A DNA stretch of 64,000 nt from Anthoceros angustus (taxonomy: Eukaryota; Plantae; Anthocerotophyta): NCBI GenBank assembly GCA_010909165.1, contig MU008187.1:314247-378246 (forward strand). Reading direction: 5' to 3'. Below, one piece after another: positions 51,601 to 63,330 of the stretch. Within the stretch, counting starts at the first letter, position 1. Each line of letters begins with the position of its first letter. The position numbers and the translations under genes were made by a program. The notes beneath the pieces were generated by a model. The model worked only from the letters and a program-made list of their open reading frames with translations, searched no databases and was not told the DNA's origin.

Positions 51601-52964
51601 ATGACCCCACCTTTTTGCATTGCCCCGTAGAGATCAAGGGCTTCCTGGCCCCTACCTTGCTGAGAATATGCTGCAATTAAAACAGTCCAGGTCCCCACCT
51701 CTTTCGCACTCAGTCCATCAAACACCCTGTGAGCATCTTCCAAGCTGCCACACTTTGCGTACATGTTCACCAAACTGCTGGCTACAAGTGCATCAGCTTG
51801 GTCTATTTGACATCTAATTTGGGTATGAAGCTGCTTCCCCTTTTCTAAAGCTGGGGTGCCCACACTTGCACATGCCTGCAGAAAGCACACAAATGTCACA
51901 GAATCAGGTACAGCGGTTCCTTCTTCTCGCATAACGCTGCACAGACGAAGGGCTTCCCAGCCCATGCCCTGCTGGGAATATGCCCCTATCAGGGCATTCC
52001 AAGTCACCACATCCTTTTGACCAAGTCCGTCAAACACTCTATGGGCATCTTCCAAGCTGCCACACTTTGCATACATGTTTACCAAACTGCTGGCTATATG
52101 AGCATCAGCTTGATGTCCTTGTTCTCTCATCTGCATGTGAAGCTGCTTTCCCACGTTCAAAGCCGAGCTGCCCACACTTGCGCATGCCTGCAGGAGGCAC
52201 GCAAATGTCACGGAATCTGGTACAACCAGGCCTTCTTGTTGCATAGCACTATAAAGATGGAGGGCTTCCTGCCCCATGCCGTGCTGAGAATACCCTGCAA
52301 TAAGCGCAGTCCACGTCACCACATGTCTTTGTCTAAGCCCGTCAAACACTCTGTGAGCATCTTTCAATCTGCCGCACTTGGCATACATGTTCACCAAGCA
52401 AGTACACAGAAACGGATCAAGCTCAACAGCACTGGCCAACACGAGAGCATGCACCTGCTGACCAGTTTTCAAGTCTAAAGCCCTTGCACAAGCCTGAAGA
52501 GCGGCCACAAAGACATGCCCGTCTGGCTTTACATTCGACCTTTGCATCCGATGATACAGTTGTATGGCCTCCATGTCTTGCCCCTGTTTAACATGCGCAG
52601 AAATTATGGAAGACCACATGAAGGCATCTGGTTTGGCAACTCCCGTAAACACATCCATGGCGTCTTGCAGCCTGCCATGAAAAGCATACATTCGAAGGAT
52701 GTGGTTGCACAGGAACTTGTCCGACTGGTACCCCATAATCACCGTGAAAGCATGGACGCGGCGACCCAGAACCAGATTCTTCTCGATTGCACATCTCTTC
52801 AGGACAGCATAATACAGAGATTTGGAAATACAAGTGTCTGTTTCCACCGAAAGTCCCAAGGCCTCAACAGCCTGAGTGAGATGGCCCTGATCACACAGCT
52901 TGCTCACGGTGTGAGCCATTTCGCCCCTTAGGAATCCGGCAGTCCAAAAGCTCGCTCGCCTCAT
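48612..52964 (-). CDS. PLS-class pentatricopeptide repeat protein, E/E+ type (organellar RNA editing factor), 1450 aa
   Basis: Uninterrupted ORF with 12 repeats of the M[YF]AKCG..DVVTW..FxCLLQACA triplet, then HYTCMVDLLGRAG, E domains and KQPGQSWWTDIEGEVHSFLVGDEKHP. No HxE/CxxC deaminase motif in frame. Confidence 0.95.
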   Translation of the reverse strand: MRRASFWTAGFLRGEMAHTVSKLCDQGHLTQAVEALGLSVETDTCISKSLYYAVLKRCAIEKNLVLGRRVHAFTVIMGYQSDKFLCNHILRMYAFHGRLQDAMDVFTGVAKPDAFMWSSIISAHVKQGQDMEAIQLYHRMQRSNVKPDGHVFVAALQACARALDLKTGQQVHALVLASAVELDPFLCTCLVNMYAKCGRLKDAHRVFDGLRQRHVVTWTALIAGYSQHGMGQEALHLYSAMQQEGLVVPDSVTFACLLQACASVGSSALNVGKQLHMQMREQGHQADAHIASSLVNMYAKCGSLEDAHRVFDGLGQKDVVTWNALIGAYSQQGMGWEALRLCSVMREEGTAVPDSVTFVCFLQACASVGTPALEKGKQLHTQIRCQIDQADALVASSLVNMYAKCGSLEDAHRVFDGLSAKEVGTWTVLIAAYSQQGRGQEALDLYGAMQKGGVIVPDAVTFVCLLQACATLGSQALDTGKQLYVQIGECGLQADLCVANSLVNMFAKCGSLDEAQRVFDGLDRKDVVTWNAMIAGYSQQGMTQEALRLYSAMQGVGAVPDSVTFVCLLQACADMGTPALEKGKQLHAQIKERGHQVDAFVANSLVNMYAKCGSLEDAQKVFDGLGQKDVVTWTSLIAGYSQQGMGQEALCVYSAMEEEGMAIPNSITFVCLLQACASVGTPAWRKGKDLHMQIKIQGYEADVAVANSLVNMYAKCGSLEHAQKVFDGLGQRDVVTWTTLIAGYCQQGMGEEALRLYSAMQEEGIAVPNSVTFVYLLQACASLGAPALAKGKQLHAQIRERGHHADGFVANSLIDMYAKCGSLEDARRVFDGVSQKDVVTWTAMIAGFSHQGMGKEALQLYSVMQDEGVAEPNSGTYVCLLQACASVGSPALERGKQLHAKLTEREYESDDFVACSLVNMYAKCGSPCDAQKVFDRLHRKDVVTWNAMIAGYSQQGMGQEALRLYSIMQDVGFPAPDPVTFICALQACATVGTLALDRGKQLHEEIGKRGYDTDLFVTNSLLNMYAKCGSLEDAQRIFDALGQKDVVTWNAIIAGYSQQGMGQEALHLYSLMEEGGVAVPDSVTFVCLLQACASMGTSALDKGKQIHVQIREHEHQADLCVANSLVNMYAKCGSLEDAQSVFDGLVERDLVTWTALIAGYSQQGVGQEALRVYRAMEEEGITVPDAVTFACLLQACANVAALHVGRQLHAQIEEKGLQGDVVVASSLVNMYGKSGSMADAQQVFNALPERGIVAWSALIAGYTCKGDSEVVFDLVQKMRLEGIQPVGITFLSVLTVCSHAGLVDRGREYFEVMSKHDGITPTVEHYTCMVDLLGRAGRLQEALDMVRTMHVLANAAVWHTLLSACRKWSNVEIGRYAFEEAVKLEKADAAAYLLMSNIYTGAQMWEQAQKMRARRVRIRAWKQPGQSWWTDIEGEVHSFLVGDEKHPRVR

Positions 52965-53489
52965 CTTCAGTGCTATCCCATCATAGTTTGGGGTCCCGAT
53001 CGCCGTCCCGGTCCCGGTCCCGAATACTTTGTCCCCGGTGGCCTTAGGAAGATCCGTGCCCCTCCAGTCATCCTACTGCATTTGCTGGCTTTCCGACCAC
53101 GGCGATGTGGCTCGCGACTCGGTGGTTTGCCAATGGTGGCTTCCTTGAAGTCAGCTCTCGGTAGAAGATGCGTTGCCAAACTCCAGACAGTCATCAACAG
53201 GTTGCTGACAAGTGGGCTACTCCAGATTCCGCTTCAGCACAGCCTGTGCACCGCTATCCGACGCACCCCTGCAGATGATAGCTCGCCTCTCCACTGCAGA
53301 TACGTATATCGGAGCACTGCGAGAATCAAGCGAAGATTGTTGACAATGACTACGGAGGTTCGTTCGAGTGTCTCTTCAAGGACATGGGCGATAAGGAGCA
53401 TCTCGGTCCTGTCCCGTCTTCCATCCTATCATCGGATATGCCTCCCGATCACGTGACCGGTCCAGATCCTTGCTTCTTCGTTTTGCAAA

Positions 53490-53740
53490 GCACCTGTTTC
53501 ATCCTGGCTTGAGCTTGCCATCCCCCAAAAAACTATGCACCGCTCCCTCCATGTTTGTCCACCAGCCCTGGCCTGGCTGCTTCCATGCTCTGATTCTTAA
53601 CCTCCTCGATTGCATCTTGTGTGCCTGCTCCAACATCTGGGTATCGGTGTAAATGTCATACACCAACACATCGCAGCCGCATCTTTGTCCTTTATAGCTT
53701 CACTGTTTCCTCAACATCGTGCCGCGCCACGTGCAAGTTC
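53490..53740 (-). pseudogene. Relic E/E+ end of a paralogous PPR gene
   Basis: HKWRNLHVARHDVEETVKL / DKDAAA / DIYTDTQMLEQAHKMQSRRLRIRAWKQPGQGWWTNMEGAVHSFLG across frameshifts. Confidence 0.85.
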
Positions 53741-54110
53741 CTCCACTTGTGAACCACTGTTGTCCTTAGCTCTAGTGGGTCTTATCTTTCTCACTGTTTT
53801 TGTTAATTCCTTCCTCGAGTTAGCACGACATGGTGCGCGTGTGGATTTGGAAAGTTCATATATTGTCAGCCTTTGATGAAATATAGTGTTGACATTGATA
53901 ATCAGGTTCATGGTTTTGCCTACTATCCCATGAAGAAGAAGAAGAATTTTTTCCATGAATTATTCACAAAGTTCCTTGGCCAAAGGATTTCTGTTATGGG
54001 ACTGAAATATAGCAACTAAATAGATTGTGGTAAAATAGTCTAGATAAATGTAAAGGTAAAATTCAAACAGTGTCTAATGAAAATGCGTGAATGAGGGCTA
54101 AACACCGTTT

Positions 54111-54518
54111 TCAGAGCTGCTCATGCTGTCGGTGAAGTGGCTTTCTTTCGTGGGAATGAAATAGTATAAGATCCTCATTGATATATAATTGAGTTGTCCG
54201 TAACATAGATCTAGCCCTCATCACCTGGAGGCGATCATCCATAGAGTGAAAAGTCATAATAAATATGCGCTCTCTACTAGGATCCTTTCCAAGCCAGAAA
54301 CCTCGATGAACGACCACTTCAACCTCTAGCCTCTTTTTGGAATAGATGCCAATATAACAATTGACACACGACCGTTGAAAATTTCCCAATTTAGTAGTGG
54401 CCAACATGAAACCTTGTGAAAACCTACCAAATTTGTAGTTTCTCATGGGGTATAAATGGGCGAGACCAAAATCGAAACCGTTGCTCCGGACTATGAACTT
54501 CGAAATCTTGTTATCCAT
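54111..54518 (-). pseudogene. LINE ORF1-like remnant
   Basis: RIFIMTFHSMDDRLQVMRARSMLRTTQLYINEDL matches the ORF1p C-terminal pattern (F...D+..V+.....L....IYINEDL). Confidence 0.6.
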
Positions 54519-54519
54519 T

Positions 54520-55460
54520 CTTCTTGCATGTAACTTTTCATAATCATGTGATCTACGGTTGTTAAGGTTTGTTCAATCAAAATTGATGTTCTCCTTTATA
54601 GAGGGATGGGTGTATGCATAAATATTCCGGTGTGTGTTAACGAATTCATTCTCTATACTTGTTCCCTTCAGGTTTCCCTAGAGGGCACGTAAATTACCCA
54701 AAGGGCGACACCTAAACCGAAATAGTTCCTCCGTGCCATGAACTTCAAAATCTCATATTCTTGCAAATATCTTTAAATAATCCTCTGATCTACGGTTGTT
54801 AAGGTTTGTTCAATGAAGATTGATGTTCTCATGTATAGAGGGATGCGTGTATGCATGTGTATTCCGGCGTGTGTTAACGAATTCATTATCTCTACTTGTT
54901 CCCTACAGGTTTCCCTAGAGGGCACGTTAATTACCCAAAGGGTGACACCTAAACCGAAATAGTTCCCCCGGACTATGAATTTGAAGATCTCGTAATCCAT
55001 GCTCCTTACAAATATCTTTTAATAATCGTGTGATCTACGGTTGTTAAGGTTTGTTCAATGAAGATTGATGTTCCCCTTTATATAAGGATGGGTGCATGCA
55101 TGTATATTACGGCGTGTGTTAACGAATTCATTCTCTCTACTTGTTCTCTACAGGTTTCCCCAGAGGGCACGTAAATTACCCAAAGGGCAAGACCTAAAAT
55201 AGTTCCTCCAAGACCAACTTCAAAATCTCACATTCTTGCAAATATCTTTTAATAATCGTGTGATCTACGGTTGCCAAGGTTTGTTCAATGAAGATTGATG
55301 TTCTCCTTTATAGAGGGGATGAGTTTATGCGTGTATATTCCTGTGTGTGTTAACCAATTCATTCTCTCTACTTGTTCCCTACATGTTTCCCTAGAGGGCA
55401 CGTTAATTACCCAAAGGGCGAGACCTAAACCGAAAGAAATACTCCTATTTATCAATCTTT
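54520..55460. repeat. About four tandem ~240-bp units
   Basis: GATCTACGGTTGTTAAGGTTTGTTCAAT...TTTCCCTAGAGGGCACGTAAATTACCCAAAGGG recurs at ~54550, 54788, 55031 and 55261. An inverted copy lies at ~56900-57125. Confidence 0.9.
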
Positions 55461-55466
55461 AAAATT

Positions 55467-55800
55467 ATGGAGTCCACAATGAAAATTGAAGTGAGAATGT
55501 TTCAAGAAAGATACATATGTGGAAAATGTATCGGTGAAGGAGGTTTTTCCAAAGTATATGAATGCTATAACAAATATACAGGAAAGATATTTGCCTGCAA
55601 AATTATGAAAAAATCTGAACACATAAATGATGCAATATGTAGAGAGATCAACACTCTTCGATCTCTTCCAAAATATTCTCATATTATTAACACCAAAAGT
55701 GTCCATGACGATATTGAACATATTTATATTGTGATGGAGCTATGTACCTATGATACACTAAAGGATGAACTAAAAAAAGGGGGAGCTTATTGTGAAGAGG
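55467..55800 (+). pseudogene. Ser/Thr kinase N-lobe fragment (CAMK/CDPK-like)
   Basis: IGEGGFSKVY, FACKIMKK, REINTL, YIVMELC. Truncated by a repeat unit. Confidence 0.85.
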
Positions 55801-56099
55801 TTTCCCTAGAGGGCACGTAAATTACCCAAAAGGCGAGACCTAAACCGAAATAGTTCCTCCGCCCCACGAACTTCAAAATCACTCACTAGCTAAACACGTA
55901 GCCATATACTCCAATCTCAGCTTCACTATATCAATTTCACGACTGCCGCTTGCATGGCTTGAAGACTTTTTCACAGGAAAGAGGCACTGAAGAGTGGTTT
56001 AATGAGATTATGAATAACGTTAAAATAAAAATCATTATATTAAAAAATATGATACAAATGATTCTTATATAATAAAATTACTATCTTCCATATATAAGA

Positions 56100-56887
56100 T
56101 AGCGAGCAAAACCAAGAATGGTTTAGAACTTGTCAAGATCCTACCTACACTTGTTCTAAATGTAACATTGAGTGTAGTAGATCTTTCACTGTGACATGTT
56201 GGGCCACTCATCTAGGTCCAATTGAGTTATCCATTCTTCTTTTTGTCGAACTCATATCCTATATAAGGACGATTTCGTTAAAACTTCATACAAAATGACT
56301 CTGGCCCAAATATCGGCTTTTGAAGTATAGCTTATGTTTACATCATCTTGAGTCCAATACCTCCGAGCCATGTAACATGGGGTTCCTAGCTGCATAATAA
56401 TTCATGTTCGTTTTGGAGACATGGAGCAGACAAACCAAAAGTCTCGCTAGTATGACTTTGAGGCGGCTAATAATAATATATTAGCCGGTTTCAAAATCGC
56501 GATGCATAACATTATGCCTGTGGCAAAATTGATTGCCTCCATTAGGTTAAACATAAGTATTTTGCATCCTCTTCACAATAAGCTCCCCTTTTTAGTTCAT
56601 CCTTTAGTGTACCATTGGTACATAGCTCCATCACAATATAAATATGTTCAATATCCTCATGAACACTTTTGTGTTAATAATATGAGAATATTTTGGAAGA
56701 GATCAAGAGTGTTGATCTCTCTATATATTGCATCATTTATGTGTTAGATTTTTCATAATTTTGCAAATATCTTTCCGTATATTTGTCATAGCATTCATAT
56801 ACTTTGGAAAAACCTCCTTCAGATACATTTTCCACATATGTATCTTTCTTGAAACATTCTCACTTCAATTTTCATTGTGGACTCCAT
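56100..56887 (-). pseudogene. Full-length intronless CAMK/CDPK-like kinase domain (frameshifted in this consensus)
   Basis: Inverted copy of 55467 that continues through NVMHRD-KPANILL, DFGLS, GTPCYMA-E, KADIW, VKDLLHSML and VLNHSW. Confidence 0.8.
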
Positions 56888-57289
56888 AATTTTAAAGATT
56901 GATAAATAGGAGTATTTCTTTCGGTTTAGGTCCCGCCCTTTAGGTAATTAACGTGCCCTCTAGGAAAAAACCTGTAGGGAACAAGTAGAGAGAATGAATT
57001 GGTTAACACACACAGGAATATACATGCATAAACTCATCCCCTCTATAAAGGAGAACATCAATCTTCATTGAACAAACCTTACCAACCGTAGATCACACGA
57101 TTATTAAAAGATATTTGCAAGAATGTGAGCTTTTTTGGTCATTTTCATAGCATGGCATAATAGCATCGTGACAATTTCCTATTATATAGTTATGCAGATT
57201 ATAGTTACTAAATCGCATGTTAGAATCTTGACGGGTTCGAAAACCCTGATTTCTGCTGGCTCTAAGCGTGCTGCTCAACGTGCTTGTGG

Positions 57290-58330
57290 GACAACCACAC
57301 GAAGGGTGTGCGAATGTTTTGAATCATGAGCCGGAGCAAGGCTGAACGTGGCTTGAGATGGAGTGTGAACATGACGGCGTGCGAGAAGGAAAATTGGCAC
57401 ATTTAGGAGCTGGTTGAAGTCCCACCTTGTGGCCATCACGGAGAGAACTCCTAGCTGCAGGCAATGGACACCCGTTCGAAAAATCCATCACACAAGAAAA
57501 GGGGAGATCAACCGCATTCTTGAGGCGTAGTGAGCTTTAGCACATGCCTTGATGAACCGGAGAAATCCTTGCCATGGCCCGTGAGTCTCGATGGCAAGGG
57601 GATGAAGGCGTGGCCCTTCTTGCATGGGCGAGTACTTGTGAACCTTCGTTGTCGCGCATCTCTCCGCCACCCAACCCGGAGGGTTGATGATGGCGTGCTT
57701 GTGGGACAACCACACGAAGGGTGTGCGAATGTTTTGAATCATGAGCCGGAGCAAGGCTGAACGTGGCTTGAGATGGAGTGTGAACATGACGGCGTGCGAG
57801 AAGGAAAATTGGCACTTAGGGCTGGAAACGGCTATTGTTGAAGTCCCACCTTGTAGCGCTGTCCACAGGAGAGAACTCCTAGCCTGCAGGGCAATGGACA
57901 CCCGTTGCCTGAAAAAATCCATCACACAAGAAAAGGGGGAGATCAACCGCATTCTTGAGGCTGTGGTAGGCTTTAGCACATGCCTTGATGAACCTGGAGA
58001 AATCCTTGCTCCTGGCCCCGTGAGTCTCGATGGCAAGGGGGATGAAGGCGTGGCCCTTCTTGCATGGGCGAGTACTTGTGAACCTTCGTTGTCGCGCATC
58101 TCTCCGCCACCCAACCTGGAGGGTTGATGATGACGTGCTTGCAGACGGTGTCCCAGGCAAGGTCTGTTACGACCACATTGTTATGGGGCAGCTCCGGTTT
58201 CCAGCTTCAGGGAATGGACGTTTTTTCTATGTTCGGAATGGCTACAAATACATGTGTGGCAGGCCAAGAAGGCATGTCTTGTCTAACTACCCTATTTCTT
58301 GGGGTTTCTTGAACGTGACTTTTGGTTATC
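57290..58330 (-). mobile_element. CRE-like non-LTR retrotransposon restriction-like endonuclease fragments (partially triplicated)
   Basis: VVVTD..PGWVAERCATTKVHKY..HAFIPLAIETHG..RFIKACAK..FRQRVSIALQA. Confidence 0.7.
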
Positions 58331-60641
58331 GACTATCTTATTTATTGCTATTTATCTATTTAGTTATTGTGCTATTATATCAGCTGATTATACAATGGAA
58401 AATACGTGTATTTCGTAGGGTTCCTGCTACCTAGTCATGGTAGCATCGGCTCCATGGTTGTGCGGTGGATGACCTGAGTGGCACCCGTCATCGTTTTTTC
58501 TCCCCACTTGCTGGGGCCGGGTCCTCCTGGCCTTCTAGGATCTCAGCAGAGCAGGAACAGAGGAAATCCTCGGGCTCCCATGTCGCCGCTGAATCGGGTT
58601 CGCCCTCCCACGCAACCAGGAAGTCACGAATGTGTCGGTGCCGTAGGTGCCGGTCTCAACGTTGGAGGATGCGGGTCGGTTGGTGGTGAATGGGCGATAT
58701 AAATGGGGGTTTGAGGAAATCGCCATGCCTCGGGAGAGGGTGGAATCTGTGCTGGTTTTGGAAGGAGGAACTGAGGGGACACATGGAATGTACGGCAGGC
58801 GCTGCCGGCAGCTCAAGCTGACGTGACCTTGTTGGCGTTCGACACCGGAAAGGCCAATAAGCGGTAAGTGAGTTTGCTGCGTTTCTGAATCATGTCAGGA
58901 TACCTGTGAGGCTTGAGTCGGAGCCAAACAAAGCAGCCAATGTTGCCCACGGTTTGACTTTGATGCAGTCCGATCTTGTGCTGCTTGGAGTTTGTGTCGA
59001 GCCATCTTTACCTCGTGCTAGATATCCTCGGCGATTTCGGCAGCGCTTCGCCACTTGTCCTAGCTGTTGGGCCATAAGCCTGGGGGTGGGGGTGTCTCAT
59101 CATACAGGAGTTTGAAGGGAGTAACCCCTGTGGCTTCTTGAGGAGTTGTCGCATACTCCAACAAGGAAGGAGCTCCTCCACTTAATATTTCTCGTGTGAA
59201 ATGGCAAAGCATGTCTTCTAACACACGGTTGCTTCCTGATGCATGTCCTCTACGGGTGATAAGTCAAGACATGTTTTGTTTGATGCCCAGGGTGTCCATG
59301 AAGTTTCGCCAAAACCCGGAGGTGAATTTCGCGTCTCGGTCTGACACAATGTCCTCTGGTGCCCCGTGTAATCGGAAGATTTTACGGACAAAAAGAGTGG
59401 CTAGTTTGGGTTGATGATGGCGTGCTTGCGGTGTCGGGCAAGGTCATTGACCACATTGTTATGGGGCGCTCCGGTCCCCGAATGGACGTTTTTCTATGTT
59501 CGAATGGCTACAAATACATGTGTGTGGCAGGCCAAGAAGGTGTATGCGTCTAACTACCCTATTTCTTGGGGTTTCTTGGTACAAAAGCTTTGGTTATCAG
59601 ACTATCTTATTTATTGCTATTTATCTATTTAGTTATTTATTGCTATTTATATCAGCTGATTATACAATGGAAAATACGTGTATTTCGTAGGGTTCCTGCT
59701 ACCTGGTCATGGTAGCATCGGCTCCATGGTTGTGCGGTGGATGACCTGAGTGGCCTGCTCGTCATCGGTCGTTTCATTCTCCCCCACTTGCTGGGGCCGG
59801 GTCCTCCTGGCCTTCTAGGATCTGGCGCAGGAACTGAGCCAATCCTCGGGCTCCCATGTCGCATCGGGGCCCTCCCACGCAACAGTCACGAAGGCGGTGC
59901 CGTTGCCCCTCAACGTTGGAGGATGCGGTGGGTTGGTGGTGAATGGGCGATATCGTCGGTTTGAGGAAATCATGGGCGCCTCGGGAGGGTGGAATCATTC
60001 TGGTTTTGGAAGGAGGCGAGGGACACATGAAACGCTCGGTGAGGCTGGCTGATGCCAGCACCTTGTTGCACTTCGACACGGAAAGGCCAATAAGCGGTAA
60101 GTGAGTTTCGCGTTTGAATCATGTCGATACCTGTGAGGCTTGAGTGAGCCAAACAAACACCAGCGTCACTTGTCATGATTTTCTGTGATGCATCGATCTT
60201 GTCTTGCTTGGAGTTTGTGTCGAGCCATCTTTACCTCGTGCTAGATATCCTCCTGATTGGCGCTTCGCCACTTGTCCTATGTTGGGCCATAAGCATATGT
60301 CTCATCATACAGAGTTTGAAGGAGTAACCCACAGCGTGCTTGAGGAGTTGTCGCATACTCCAACAAGGAAGGAGCTCCTCCACTTAATATTTCTCGTGTG
60401 AAATGGCAAAGCATGTCTTCTAACACACGGTTAGCCTAATTCTGTCCGTCTGCGGGGTGATAAATAGACATGTTTGATGCCATGTCCATGAAGTTTCGCC
60501 AAAACCCGGAGGTGAATTTCGCGTCCGATCGATGTATCTCGGTGCCCGTGTAATCGGAAGATTTAGGACAAAATTAGCTAGTTTCGATGATGGTCGAGGT
60601 GACTGGGATGAAATGGCAGACCTTGGAGAACCTATCTATCA

Positions 60642-62245
60642 TCACCCAGATGCTGTCTTTACCAGAACGGGTACATGGCAGGTGTATAATAAAGTGTGAC
60701 CGGAAACGGCCGCTGGGGATTTGTAGGGATTGGTAGGAATATGGACTTCCTGAGGGTCATCCTTGAGGGAATAGAGTTGGGTAAGTGCTGTGGGAATTCC
60801 TGCTGCTGCATCTGCTAGGAGATGTTGGTATAACTGCCACAACTCTGGGTCTTGAGGCACTCCATCCCGTACTAACTGAACTGTTTGGGACTGTGTGGTC
60901 ATGAGTGTGCAGGCCCTCCTGCTCAAGGCATCTGCGACCACATTAGAAGTCCCGGTAACATACTTGATCTCGAGGTCGAAATCCGCCAGGTGTTCGGCCC
61001 ACCTGCGCTGTCTGGAGTTGAGGTTGGGTTGCGAAAAGAAATGTTGTAAGGAGTGGTGGTCTGTGTGACACACCACCTTCTGGCCTAAGAGGTAATGCCT
61101 CCACACCTTGAGAGCGTGGGTGATTGCCAGCATTTCTTTATCATGTACAACATAATTCAGCTGTGCCCCTTGCAACTTCCTGGATTAGTAGGCAATAGCT
61201 CGACTGTTAGACAAGATCGCACCCATAGCAAAATCGATGCATCGTATGCGGTGTATGGAGCTGGGTGCCGCCAGACGGGAGCAGAACTAAGGGCTTGCTT
61301 TAGTTGTTCAAATGCCTGGACTGCCTCTGGCCCCAATTGTAAGGGTTTGTTAATTGATTGCCTGAGGGCATCCGTCAGGGGAACCGCAATCTTACTGAAA
61401 CCCTAGATAAAGCGGCGGTAAAAGCCGGCCATGCCCAGGAACCCACATAGTTGTGTGATATCATGAGGCAGGGGCTAGTCCACCACGACTTTGACTTTAC
61501 GGGGATCTACCCGGATACCTGTTGCATTGATGATGTGACCCAAGTATTCACACTCCTGCCTCATGAAGACACACTTACTTCTCTTGGCCAACAACTTGTT
61601 TGCACGTAGCAGTTCGAGTACCTTCCTAACCAAGTTGTAATGTGTCTTTGAATCAGGTGTGTATATGAGGATGTCGTCGAGGAATACTTCCACGCCGTGC
61701 CCCAGCAATGGTCGTAAGATGTCCTGCATGAGACATTGGAATGTTGCAGGGGCGTTTGTCAAGCCAAACGGCATGACCCTGAGCTCAAAGTGTCCATGTC
61801 TTGTGCGGAAGGCTGTTTTAGATTCATCCCCTTCCTTGATCCGGATCTGGTGGAAGCCGGATCTCCGATCAATCTTGGTAAACCACTTTGCACCATGAAG
61901 CTGGTCCAGGATCTCATCGATCCTCAGCATCTGGTATACATTTCTGAGTGTGGCCCGATTGAGCCCTCGATAGTCAATGCATAATCGCCAACCACCATCT
62001 GGCTTGCCAACAAGAAGGACTGGAGCTCCGAAAGGTGACCCTGAAGAGCGTACAAACCCTTTCTGTAAAAGTTCATCTACCTGTTTCTTGATCTCCTCGT
62101 TTTCAGCAGCTGATGTACGGTATGGTTGGATACTAATGGGCTTATGGCTTGGCAGTAGCTCTATGACATGGTCGACAGGGCGTCTAGGGGGGAGTTCTGC
62201 TGGTTCGGTGAACACATCCTGGAACTCCTGCAGCAGTGACCTCAT
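60642..62245 (-). pseudogene. Gypsy RT and RNase H
   Basis: WRLCIDYRGLN..FTKIDRRSGFHQIRI..VMPFGLTNAPATFQ..VFLDDILIY; NYVVHDKEMLAI..HTDHHSL..RWAEHL..NVVADALSRR. Confidence 0.93.
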
Positions 62246-63330
62246 GGCGGGTGGTAGGAGTTCCTCATGAGCCTTGGCTCGCAGCCTGACTCGGGGTTCC
62301 TCTAGGGTAAGACTCTTCGCCGATACATGAATCTGCCAGAGGCAGTAGCTTTATTGAAAGTAGATACTGCAAACAATTGTTTGTCTGGTGTATACTGCTC
62401 ACCCTGCATGGTGTACGTCTTGTCTCCTTTTGTGAGGCTGACTACATTAGACAACCGGTCTATTTCTAATGTATGGGTATGCTTTGCCAGCCAGGGTTTA
62501 CCAAAAATGATGTCATGACACAAGGACGGCATTACAGTTAGCTTGAAGACTTCTGCAAAACCACCCGGGAAGGTGATTAGTGCATCTGTCCACTCTTCTT
62601 TGCTGGTTTCATGCTCGCCAATGTCAGCATTACTGTGGACACTGCCCGTGAGGTGCGGATCTCGATCAATCTTGGTAAACCACTTTGCACCATGAAGCTG
62701 GTCCAGGATCTCATCGATCCTCGGCATCGGTATACATTTGTGTGGCCGGATTGAGCCTCGATAGTCAATGACCATACAATCGGCTTGCCAACGAAGATCT
62801 CCGGTGACCATGAAGCGTACAAACCCTTCGTAAAAGTTCATCTACTGTTTCTTGATCTCCTCGTTTTCGGTGATGTACGGTATGGTTGGATACTAATGGG
62901 CTTATGTAGCTCTATGACATAGTCGGATCTAGGGGAGTTCTGTGGTTGGTGAACACATCCTGGAACTCCTCTATTGACTCATGGTGTAGGAGTTCCTCAT
63001 GAGCCTTGGCCTGCGGCTGGACTGGGGTTCCTCTAGGGTAAGACTCTTTTCGACCGCTTCATTACATGAATCTCACAGAGAATCTTTAGTAGATCGCAAA
63101 CAATTGTTTTATCGTATCTTTCATCACCGCATGTGTCGTCTTGTCTCCTTTTGTGAGGCGACTACATTGACAATGTCTATTTCTAATGTATGGGTATGCT
63201 TTGCGGCCGAGGTTTACCAAAATGATGTCATGACACAAGGGCTGACATTACTTGAAGACTTCAAAACCACCGGAAGGTGATTAGTGCATCATCCACTCTT
63301 CTTCTTTGGTTTCATGCTCGCCAATCTTAC

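Noticed and set aside
58440-58620. Possible Gypsy chromodomain
   Set aside because: Conserved YLVKW/TWEP motifs were not recoverable in any frame.
62300-63330. Second shrunken copy of Gypsy RT/protease pieces
   Set aside because: A heavily deleted patchwork of adjacent sequence; probably an assembly artefact.
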